Positions 52,600 to 64,000 of a DNA stretch of 64,000 nucleotides are shown one piece after another (the first letter of the stretch is position 1; every line of letters begins with the position of its first letter). Origin of the DNA: the human T2T-CHM13v2.0 reference genome, Homo sapiens; assembly GCF_009914755.1 (NCBI RefSeq), contig NC_060947.1; one strand, 5' to 3'. Both the position numbers and the translations under genes were made by a program. The notes below the pieces were generated by a model. That model did no database searches, was not told the DNA's origin, and saw only the letters and a list, made by a program, of their open reading frames with translations.

Positions 52600-55180
52600 A
52601 AGTATTAAGGTGGATATTGCCTGAGTTTGAGTCCCTCCTGAACAATAGACAAACGTCTCCAACTGGTTCGCAGGTGTAGGCGGTGCGTTCTTTGTCGAGT
52701 GCTGGTGCCACCTTTACCCTGGAGCAGTAAATCCACATGGAGAGGCTTTTGAGTTGAACAGCTGTCGGGGTCATAAGGAGAATTTGGTGTGGTCCAGTCC
52801 AAACTGGCTCCAGTGGCTTTTGGTCCTGTGGGAGAGTTTTAAGATATACCTAGTCTTCAGGCATAAGGTTAGGGTGAGTGTTTCCTGAAAAAGAGGGGCC
52901 AGGTGTTGGACTATGAAGACTTTGATAATGATTGATGGCCTTGATGGTTTGTCCCAGGGACATAACATATTGCATGAGATAATGTCTCTTTGGGTCTAAC
53001 AAAAGGTCTGTTTGGAAGAAAGATCTTCCGCAGAGAATCTCAAAAGGGCTAGATGGGTTTCAGATTTTGGGGTGATACAGGCTCTTAAGAGTACAATGGG
53101 GAGCAAAGTTGACCATAACTGTTGGGTTTCATGTATTAACTTTGTGAAGTGCTTTTTCTGGTTTGGTTGGCTCTCTCCACCTTCCTAGAAGATTGTGGAC
53201 GCCAAGACACATGTGTCTTCACTGCATTTCATTTCTTAAATAATGGAGAGCTTCACTGATTCTCTGCATTATTTAAGAAATGAAAGTGGGGCCATTGTCT
53301 GACTGTAGGGCATGAGGGAGTCTAAAACAAGGAAGAATGTGGTCTAAAAGGGCTGAGGTGACTTCTGAGGCCCGTTCAGTTTTAGTGGGAAGGGCCTTTA
53401 TCCATCCAGTGAAGGTGTCTGCAAAGACTAACAGATACCTGACTAACAAATACACACATTGCATGATGCATGTGTGTAAAATATATTTGCCAGTCTTCTC
53501 CTGGTAGGGTTCCTCATCTTAGAATGGGTTGAAGGATTTGGGGAGGTTTGTGTGCTCCCTCTGGGTTTATTTGGCAGCAGGTGGGACATGCCTGTGAGAT
53601 GGCCCATAGAGCTTGGGCTATCCCCGTGCTGGTGAACAGTGACTTTATTAGATCTTGGATGGCCTTAGCCCCCAGATGAGTCGATTGGTGCACGCTATTT
53701 AGAAACTTCCTTTGTGAGGCTCCTGGGAGCAAGAGTTTGCCATTAGGACTTTTTAGCCAACCCTTTGAGGTATGGGAGAAATCTCTTTCTAGAGCTTTTT
53801 GGGCTTCCCCCTGTGTATAGTGTGGAGACAGGGAAGTTACGCTAGGAACGAAGACAGCTTGAAAGGGTGACCTGGCAGCCACTTTTACTTATTTGTCATC
53901 CCAGGTGTTCCTGATAGAGATTTCATCATTGCTTCTCTGATGGGCTTTGCAGTGAATGATAGTGACCTGTGGAGGAAGCATAACTGCCTCCAACAGGGCC
54001 ATGATTTCAGGAACACGTTTAATTGAAGTATTTCAGGCCATTAAAAGTCCTCTTTCCTGCCAAATGGCTGCATGGGCATGCACTGCATGAAAGACATAGG
54101 CTGAGTCTGTGTAAATATTAAGCCTCATGCCTGCCCCTAATTGTAAGGCACAGGTAAGAGCAATGAGCTCAGCCTTTTGGGCTAAGGGGCAGAGGTCCAG
54201 ATTCCGTGATTTCAGTTAGGTTAACAGTAGCATACCCTGACAGTTGGGTTCCACCTATCATAAAGCTACTGCCATCTGTGTACCGTGTGGCCTCTGAATC
54301 TATAAGGGGAGTATCCTGGAGGTCTGGTCTAACATTACAGGTTAGATCTATGGTTTCCAAGCAAGAATGTTTAAGTGGTCCCTCCACATTTGGGTTTGGT
54401 AACAGCATGCCAGGATTAAGGGTTGGCAGAGCCTAATACTCAATTCTGGTACCTGTAGAAAGAGTGTTGGAAATTTGCTTATATGGCTCTGTGAGATCCA
54501 GTGAAAGGCCTTTGAGTTTAGGACATTCATTACTTGATGTGGGGTGTAGACAGTTATTCCTTGGCCCAGAGTTAGCTCGGAGGCCTCCACAGCCAGGAGA
54601 GCCACACACACTAGCACTCAGAGGCATGGCAGCCATCCCCATGCCTTTTTTTTGACAAGTAACTAGCTGGCCACTGGGAGGGTCCCAGTGGCTGAGTGAG
54701 GACTCCAAGGGCTGTATCCCTTCTCTCAACTATGAACAAGTAAAGATGCTTTGTAAGATCTGGCAAGGCCAGGGCGCGGGCTCGTTTGAGGGTTTTTAGA
54801 ACACTGTCCATTTCAAGGCTCCAATTTAAGAGCTCCCCCCCGATCCTTGCAGTGCCCCATAAAGAGGTTTTGCTATAAGTCCTAACCGGGTTGCCCAAAT
54901 GTGACAGAAACCTACCATTCGAAGAAAGGACTACAACTGATGTTTAGTGGATGGAATGTCCACGTTTAGCATAAGATTTTTGCGGTGGTCTGAGAGATCC
55001 TTGGGCCCTGGGATGAATGTTAGTCTCAAGAATCAAACCTCCTGAGAGAAGATTTGAGCTTTGGAAGGAGACACTTTATAACCACAAGGAGCCAATGTCC
55101 AAAGAGTTGTAATAGTATTTAGGTCTGAGGCATTTTTGGTTGGATTGCAAATAAGCGGTTATCAACATATTGAAGGACTG
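52600..55180 (-). mobile_element. Class I (gammaretrovirus-like) ERV pol remnant: RT, RNase H, integrase; frameshifted
   Basis: QYVDN (YXDD-like) near 55165, ALALPDLTK, YTDGSS, NIYTDSAY, FADTFTGW and LQSDNGPTF in broken frames. Confidence 0.88.
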
Positions 55181-55182
55181 CT

Positions 55183-55420
55183 TGAAGCTAGGAGTTTGAG
55201 ACCAGCCTGGACAACCTAGTGAGACCCCTTCACTACAAAAAAAGTATTATAAGCTGCGGGTGGATGCACACACCTTTGGTCCCAGCTTCTTGGCAGGCTA
55301 AGGCAGGAATGTCGCTTGGGCCCAGGAAGTAGAAGCTGCAGTGAGCTATGACCATGCTACTGCACTCCAGCCTGGATGGCAGAGTGAGACCTTGTGTCAA
55401 AACAAACAAACAAACAAAAA
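55183..55420 (+). mobile_element. AluJ-like, 5'-truncated
   Basis: GGAGTTTGAGACCAGCCTGG...GCAGTGAGCTATGA...(CAAA)n. Confidence 0.85.
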
Positions 55421-55939
55421 CCTTCAAGCCCTGTGCTAGCCACTTTACGGATATATAAATGTATATGCATAGGGTAGATAATCTTCACAACAAAGGGAGT
55501 AGGTAGGAATTTTTTTTATTTCAAATAAAGAATAATCTCATTTCACATAAAGATACTTGAATTTCAGGAGCTGAAAGAACTTGCTGAAAGTTACAAATTA
55601 ATTATGTGACAAGGTTGGAATCTGAACTTATCTTTCACCACTACTACTGTATAGCTTCCCAGGTTTATAATAGTAATTAAATCGAGGAGGGAAATAAGTA
55701 AAATTGGCCAATGAAAGGGAAGCAGCACAGGTATAAATAAACTTACCCGTCATAAAGACCTCCTTCTTATCATGCAATGTCCTGCTTAATATGTAGACAT
55801 AAATAAGATCCATGTCCATTATTAGCTCAACAAGTAAAATGATTCATTTTATTTTCCTTTGAGGGTTTTTTCAAAAGGAAAAAAAGTGGGCTAGCACAGA
55901 ATGTGTTCTAATCATGAGTATAGAATCGGAGATTCTTTG

Positions 55940-56234
55940 TTTTAGTTTTTTTGAGACGGCATCTCGCTCTGTCGCCCAGGCTGGAGTGCAGTGGCGCGAT
56001 CTCGGCTCACTGCAAGCTCTGCCTCCCAGGTTCACACCATTCTCCTGCCTCAGCTGCCTGAGTACCTGGGACTACAGGCGCCCGCCACCACGCCCGGCTA
56101 ATATTTTTGTATTTTTAGTAGAGACAGGGTTTCACCATGTTAGCCAGGATGGTCTCAATCTCCTGACCTCGTGGTCCGCCCGCCTCGGCCTCCCAAAGTG
56201 CTGGGATTACAGGCATGAGCCATTGCACCCGGCC
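55940..56234 (-). mobile_element. AluY
   Basis: CACTGCAAGCTC and TTAGCCAGGATGG diagnostics; TSD AGAAT(C/A)GGAGATTCTT. Confidence 0.92.
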
Positions 56235-57500
56235 AGAATAGGAGATTCTTTGTAAATGAGTATATGTGTTTAAGAAATATATTCATATGGTTATGTTGAG
56301 GCAGATGCCACATATCCACACAAACCACATTAGCATCTGCAGTTTTCCAATTTCAGAAATAATTTTCATGCCTACATGTAAAAATGCAAAAGCATTCATG
56401 AACACATTACCTATTTTAGTAATACATATTTTAATACATAAATGATTTAGTTTATCAATAAATTAATTTATGAGTGTGATAAAGAACAGAGGACACAAGA
56501 ATTTATGCAGCATTGAAAGTCTTTGGCCACTGGGTGTCATGATTTTCCCCTGTAATGATTAACTCTTCAGCAATAAAAGATCCTGAATTTTTGGGGAGGA
56601 ACACTTCAGTGTTACACGGATTAGCATTGTCAATAGAAAGTTTTATTAAAATATGCCACAGTTTTTTCTCAGATTATTATGTCATATTTAAACCACATTA
56701 TTAGTGTAGCTTTTTACCTGAAACTGACCAAGAAATATTAGATGTTCAGATATTTAAATAACAAAGGAATACACAATTCTGTCGGTCATCTTCAAGTTTT
56801 ATTGTATCCAGGTTAAATCTGAAGAATTTGTACAGTGTATTGATGTGTGTGCCTGCGTACATTTTTGGAAGAACTCTTGGTTATACAGAATTTCCATTGT
56901 AGAGAAGTTAGCCCTAGATATAATTATTGTGTCTTAGTGTCCAACTGCTTTTACCCATGCCTTGTGTGTGCATATATGATGGCAGATGTATTCTAAAACT
57001 GCACCACTAATCAGAACCAGATACCTATGTTTTTTCTCTATGAATATGCTCCACTCTGCCAAGTTCGATGGAAGTGAGTGGTTGTGGCAATTCAAAACAG
57101 TTGTGCCTGTTCTACAACACAAATGCTGCTGAACTTGGAGAAAAGACCTGTGCAGACAGAATGAGAAGACTTAGTTGCTCTAAGAACATCATTGGAAACT
57201 TTCTTTTATTTTCTTTTCTTTATATTTATTTTGAAGACTAGTTATTGCCTAAGTTGTAAAGGTGAATCTGATAAAGTGGCTGACTAGTTTAGAGGTCAAT
57301 ATTTAAGCCATGTGATTGAATCTGTAGAGGGCAAGAGTTGGAAAGATGAAAATGGGTTCATGGGACAGTTATATTTTATTTTTGTTGTTTTTGAAACTGA
57401 ATCTGGAAAATATCCAAGTTATGTTTCAATATATAACACTACATCTTTAAATGACAATTTTGGCATATATTGTTATGGCCATTTAATAAATTGCTTTTTA

Positions 57501-57570
57501 TTAAACTGGTGCAAAAATAATTGTGGTTTTTGCCATTACTTTCAGACCTCAATTACTTTTGCACCAACCT
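57501..57570. mobile_element. MADE1 (Hsmar1-derived MITE)
   Basis: Inverted ends TGGTGCAAAA.TAATTG ... CAATTACTTTTGCACCAACC. Confidence 0.8.
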
Positions 57571-57924
57571 CTTACTAGTCATAAGAACATCCTTGCTTTT
57601 AACATAAAGGGATTGGTGAAGTTACCATGATTCTCACTTAAGAATTACTGAGAAAAATGCAGCAGCAGGGGTTAGCAAAAACTATTAGTTAATTGAAGGC
57701 CTGTGTTTATTTGAATGAAAGGATTTTTCATTTAAATTATAAAAACAGAGGAAGTGCCCAGTTATATCAAATCCATGTTCAATTTTATTCACAGAGATGG
57801 TGACAAAAGAGTAAATGAACAATGTCAGAATCAAAAGATACTCTGCCTGGTAAGAACTTGCAATGGAATTTTTTAAAAATGAGATTAAAACAAATAAAAA
57901 TATGTTTAAAACTCATTAAATATT

Positions 57925-58470
57925 TTTTAAGTACTTGCTGTTTTAATGAAACTGAACAACAAAGACCCTGTCCTTAGTGAGCCTGCAAGCTAGTGGGGGA
58001 CTCCAGTAATAATCAAACTATCACAAAAATATGCCTTTAAAACACATCACATTCTGTGAGACGACCTGCTAGGTGTTGGGGTTCAGAAAAGGTTTCTCTG
58101 CTGGATTGATGTTTGGCAATCAGGCCAATGGGAATGGGGCTTGGGGCGAGGATGACGTCAGTTGTCCAGGTAGCACTCTTGAGTGGAAGGTGCATGGATG
58201 GTTGAGGGACTGAGAGAATGTTACTGCAGTTAGAACTTAAAGGATGAGGGTGGGGTTCTGGGCATTGCAGGATAGAGACATAACACATGATGCATCAGGA
58301 GAGAAAAGGAAGGAAGGGCTATCTTGCACGATTTTTTAAAGATACACTGAGAACCTTGGCCATTCCTTGAGAGCTCACACTGGAGAGCATAAGAGCAGTT
58401 AGAAGACTGTCACAGTTACCCAGAGTAGAGACGATGATAGCTTGCGTAACGGTGGTGTTGGTGAAGATGG
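57925..58470 (-). mobile_element. L2 remnant
   Basis: Degenerate L2-like motifs (GAACAACAAAGACCCTGTCCTT, CCAGAGTAGAGACGATGATAGC). Confidence 0.5.
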
Positions 58471-58493
58471 AGAAAAACAGATAAAATGAGAGA

Positions 58494-58921
58494 TGTGTGT
58501 GTGTGTATATATATATAATATGTATATATATAATATGTATATATAATATGTATATATATAATATGTATATATAATATGTATATATATAATATGTATATAT
58601 AATATGTATATATAATATGTATATATAATATGTATATATATAATATGTATATATAATATGTATATATATAATATGTATATATAATATGTATATATATAAT
58701 ATGTATATATAATATGTATATATATAATATGTATATATAATATGTATATATATAATATGTATATATAATATGTATATATATAATATGTATATATAATATG
58801 TATATATATAATATGTGTATATATATAATATGTATATATAATATGTGTATATATATAATATGTATATATAATATGTGTATATATATAATATGTATATATA
58901 TAATATGTGTATATATATATG
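58494..58921. repeat. AT-rich minisatellite of 13/15/17-bp ATATG(TG)(TA)nA units next to an MLT2-like 3' end
   Basis: Visible tandem array; TTGGTTCTGTTTCTCTGGAGAACACTGACTAATACA at ~58938-58973. Confidence 0.9.
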
Positions 58922-59449
58922 TATTCTAATACTCAAGTTGGTTCTGTTTCTCTGGAGAACACTGACTAATACAGATGACAATTGAGTTATTGATGTCATG
59001 GGTATAATTAAATTGCTTAGGTAGAGTATACAGTGAGAAGACAGGAGGTCAAGGAAGGACCTTTGAGAAATTCCAGCACATAAAAGCTCATATAGCAAAG
59101 GTTTAGTATTGGGTTTACTTAGCACTCCTACTCCTCTCCCTTCATTGTAGAACATTACTCCTGCACACACATATCTGCTTGGAAATGGACTTACACGTGT
59201 AGTTTTCTTGTCATCTTCTATTTTCTTCCTGGACTCCACCATTCTGGTAACGTTTGATGGGTTCAGCTGTCCAATATGATCCAAATAGACAATATGATTT
59301 TCTTCCTGGAAAGAACAAAATATACAACCTGATACTGAGGACCTCTCAAGTCATTGAAAGGTCTTCTGAATTATTTGAGTTCAGCAAGGGCATTTCATTG
59401 AACCTTGAATTGAAATAATTATCTCTCTAATAGGAACAAACTCAGGCTA

Positions 59450-59817
<368 letters not shown>

Positions 59818-62456
59818 TCATTACTTTAATGACTGTGGCAGAGTTCACATCTCATTTACCCTCACCAGCAGGGTGGGTGGGTATGAAGGCCAACACCAAT
59901 TTATAAATATATTATTTTTACTTATCCAATTTCCTGGTTGTGTATTTTTCTCCCAAAATAATTATAGCCTTACTATGCAATTTGTCACATAAAGTTTGTT
60001 TTCAAGAAATGTCTTTAGGTAAAATCTTGTATCCATGTGCTAAAAACTATTGTCCCTGCCTAGTGGCCTTTAAAAATTTATTATGTATATTTGAGGTTTA
60101 CAGAAGAATGTTATGGGATATGTGTATCTCACTCGTGGTCTTGCAAGCAAATATACCAATTATTTTCTTCTTTTGGAATTCTAAGTGTCCAGCCACAATG
60201 AAGTCATCCACTGAGGAGTGAAAGACTTTCACTCCACTGAGTTATTGTAAATGTGTTTGGGGCTTCCAACTGAGAAGTAACCTCATCAGATGGTTTCTAC
60301 AGACTCCTATTCTATATTTCATTGCTACACAATGAATCAAAAGTAAAGATCCCAAGAATGTCTCTCCTTTCTTAGGTCATAACACCACAGGGGCAATTGC
60401 ACTATTTCAAAAGGCAGACCATTCTAGTGTCTGTTCTCAGGGTTTGTTTCTGTTGAAGCAGAGCTAAGGCATTTTACACCCAGAAATAAATTCTAATGAC
60501 AAATTAATTCATGTATTTCTTTACAACAGTGTCTCCGTGAATTGAAATAAAAACCCATTGGCACAGTAGGAAGGATGATCTTTATCAGGGAGGGTCACAC
60601 TAGTGACTGACTATTACTTCTGCTGCATATCCCTTTGAAAACCAGAAGTGCAAAGTTGTTTAGATTACACCTAAATCGATTCTGCAGAGGGTATGTGTAG
60701 AGAAATGAGGATCATCTGTGTGACAGGCCGTTTATCACTATACATATACATTTATAAAATGCATGTTTTAGAACTGTCAGCTTTCCTTTTATATCATCAT
60801 CGTCAAGTATTTTAAAGAATGAAATAAAATTTATTGAAATGCACTTGACAATGATCAAGGCACAGCTTAAAGCCTGGAGAGCTGTAGTTTGCAGTGAGCC
60901 TGGGATTTTGAAGTGCTGTACTAAGCAGCCATGCCAATTGACGTGTTTTAGTCCTGTGAGGTTTACCTGTTGTCTTTCCCAAATTTCCCAGAATTTTATC
61001 CTGGAAGGCTCTGGCTGATCCTGAATTCATATTTGGGTGTACCTTGAGTCTTTGTTCTGGAACCCAGCTGGGAAGGGCTCAGTCTGCCTAGCCCAGGCAA
61101 GGCCTGGAAGCAGACCTCAGGGAGGGCCAAACTACCCCTGGATGGCCAGGAGAACCTGGGCTGTATGGGGCCATGCTGTGAGGGTGTACTGCTTTACTGG
61201 GAGAGAGCAGACCAGGACAGACCTTCAGAGTCCAGGCATTCAACCACGTAGAAGGGAATTAGAGAAAAAAAAATAGGGAGACAGTGAAGCATACAGAGCA
61301 GACAGCTTCAGTGAAGAACTGTGATGAGAATTACAAGGATTTGCTGAGGAGAGTAAAACAGTAAAAAAAAATAACAAGGAAACAGTGCAAGAGAAAGTGA
61401 GGGAGAAGCAGACAGAGAGAGAAGATGCAGCTATGCACACATGCAAAGGCAGAGAAAGAAAAAGATACGCTTGTGTATGTGTGTGTAAGGAGAGAGAGAA
61501 ATAGAGACAGAGACAAAAAGAAGGGGTTTATGTCAGCCATGCACCAAAATATTCTTAATCCCAACACTCAAGTCTTCATTGGGAGATATTAAAAAGTTGA
61601 AAGTCCTACAGTGATACTATCCATCATATAAACAGTGAGTGGCATCTGATTATAAAATTATAATAGCAGTAATTTTTAATTTTTAATTTTTCTTCTGTGG
61701 TATTATCCTATAGCAATTGTAAGAGTGCATAAAGTTAATAGTTTTTTGTTATTTTATTAATTTAAAATTAAAGCGAGTTTCAAGGAGTTATTTTGGTGCT
61801 TAAATGAAATGTAATTCCAAATGTGTTGATTGAATGCCTGAAATGTGCAAGGCACAGAGAGATGCTGAAGTGTAAGACCCAGGGGGATCTATGAAACTAA
61901 GGTAATTGGACCTATAAGGCAGGTTTACTAATCATTGAAATGCAAAGGAGAATAAGCCACATGCACTTAAATGAATTCATTCAATGATTCAGGGGTTGAA
62001 ATTGGGAAAATCACACTTGACTCTAAAGAAACAGGTAAATACTCTGTTAAGAAGAGAAAGCTGAAGAAGATAGGAAAGGAAGCAAAATTTCTATTGGCCT
62101 AGTAGGAGCAAGGACTAAAAGCCAGACATGGGCCATGTCTGGAAAAGAGTGAACAATCCCATGTGACTAGAGCAAGGGTGAATGCAGAATGAGGATGGAA
62201 GACTAATGCTGGGGATTGCAAACATCTGAGGAAGACTCACAATGCCAGTTGGAGGAATGTTCAGGTATTCAGTGGGTCAGGGGAGCTGCTGAATGGTTAG
62301 AACTGAAGAAGAATGTTGCAATGCATTGCAGAAATATGTTTGCATACACATTACAGAGATTGTTACTAACTTGGTAGAAGGTGATCAAAGGCTCACCCCA
62401 CACAGCAGAAACCAAGTTTTGAGACTTATCCTCAGGTGTGATTCCATCCTATGTAG

Positions 62457-62660
62457 CAGCACTGCCCAACAGAACTTTCTGTGATGATCAAGAATCTGCG
62501 TATCTGTACTGTCCAATATGGTGGCCAAATGGGATTACTGACCACTTCACATGGGGCCAGTGAGACTGAGAAATTAATTTTAATTTTATCTAATTTTAAC
62601 GTATTTAAATATAAATATAAACACCTTAGGTTGCTGCTACTGATTACTGTATTAGACAGA
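62457..62660. mobile_element. MER3 (hAT) remnant
   Basis: GCACTGCCCAACAGAACTTTCTGTGATGAT...GTATTAGACAG. Confidence 0.65.
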
Positions 62661-64000
62661 AGATACAGCTATATAAGGATGTAGCATGAAAAGAAAAAAG
62701 CTTGTAAAACATGTTAAATAATATAAGATTTTGGTCCATTGAGGTCCAGAACTTTCTCCTATTTCCATTTCCAATACACTATCAGGTTAATTATCAGAAA
62801 ATTTCTGCCTCATTATGAAACTGGATGTTTAGAACATTGTCAAGGATACCCTAAAGGGTATTATGGACCAAGAGTCTAAGGTCTAATCTAATTTAACAAA
62901 TCCCCAGTTTCTGTTTTCCTGTCTGTTACAGTCACTTGACCGATTTTAATTGAATGTTCTCGTGTAGTGTTTATCAAATACCTTCAACCTTTTAAAACGC
63001 TTTGCTCAGTGGCAGCTCATTTTTGAGGGTGGATTTCTTTTGGTGGCTGAGAGAAAAGCAACTCCAAAGACTCATTTCGTGCTCGGAGATTCGTGCAGCT
63101 ATAATTGATTTAGGTGTTGGGCAAAACAGTCAAGGTGAGAAAACACATGCACAAACAGAAGTCATTACTGTAAATGAGAGGAAATATCTTCCTTGAAATA
63201 CTGTAGACAAGAACAGAAAAAAACAGAAGTACTTTTCAAGGAAAATTGGATCAGATCAAGAAATTCTTAATAGCTAAGTGAAGTCTTTCAAAATTATGCT
63301 CATAGCAGTGAACTGAACTATTATTAATAGTCTTTGAGATGAGAGTGAAAGTGATGGCTAATGGATCCAGAGATGGATTTGACTCCTTTTGTCTCCAAAT
63401 TCCACTCTTTATTGGCTTTGAGGCACCTTAATGAAGCCCAAGGTCTAGAGAAAACAGAGTTGAAAAAAAAAGTGTGCCTTAAATTAGATTAAATGGCCTC
63501 AATGCTATGGTGGAATAATACAACAATTCCTATTCTCATCACAGTTACCCAAAATAGAGAAGGAACTGACAAAGGCCACTTGAAGATGGTAAAACAAACA
63601 AACATGCAACAACAAAAACCCGGCAACGTGGTTTGTGGATGAAAACCCAAAAGTATCCAATTGCAGTTTGAGACGTGTTTGGGTTAGGTTGGCATTTGAT
63701 TTCCAGGTGAAAAAAATAAAAGGAATTAAGCTCTTATAGATCAAATGAGAATGAGAATTTTTTGCCAAAACTACTTTGCTATATCAACAAAAATTTAAAT
63801 ATCTCCCAAACAGAGAACACTACAAACAAAGAACAACCCATCCATTTCTAATTCTAATTTAATTCTATCACAAATGGGAACTGAACTCTGATATATGGGG
63901 TTTATATTTGGGATATGTGTTTAAGCTAATGGAAGAGCTTTGACAGGAACAAATTGTGAATTCAGTTCTATATTAATCTTAGAGCTTCAGTTAGTTATAT

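Noticed and set aside
52600-55180. Functional or domesticated retroviral pol
   Set aside because: Multiple frameshifts and stops; no intact domain-length ORF.
58319-59284. 321-aa Ile/Tyr-rich ORF
   Set aside because: Translation of the AT-rich minisatellite.

Overview
Human (or near-identical great-ape) DNA that I recognise as Xp22.31 around the testis-expressed gene VCX2 (minus strand, spliced CDS 47325-47224 + 47031-46714, 139 aa, two 30-bp RU1 repeats). Just downstream of its poly(A) signal lies an ~11.9-kb minisatellite (34714-46600), the RU2 element of the CRI-S232 low-copy repeat. Its + strand is almost only C/T/A, with one G seen. Nearly every unit carries the PRDM9 hotspot 13-mer CCTCCCTNNCCAC. 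On the strand read through from VCX2 many units are canonical G-quadruplex motifs. Variant units reveal an ~1.95-kb higher-order repeat. The rest is gene-poor DNA filled with retroelements and DNA transposons (Alu, L1, L2, MLT1/MLT2, LTR12, MER11D, THE1A, HERV-L and class-I ERV remnants, Tigger, MER3/5/58, MADE1). The ~4000-aa ORFs are artefacts of the repeat. I find no wholly new gene system; the strongest leads are the architecture of RU2 and the in-frame VCX2 intron. Repeat family names were assigned by eye from remembered consensus sequences and should be confirmed with RepeatMasker/Dfam.
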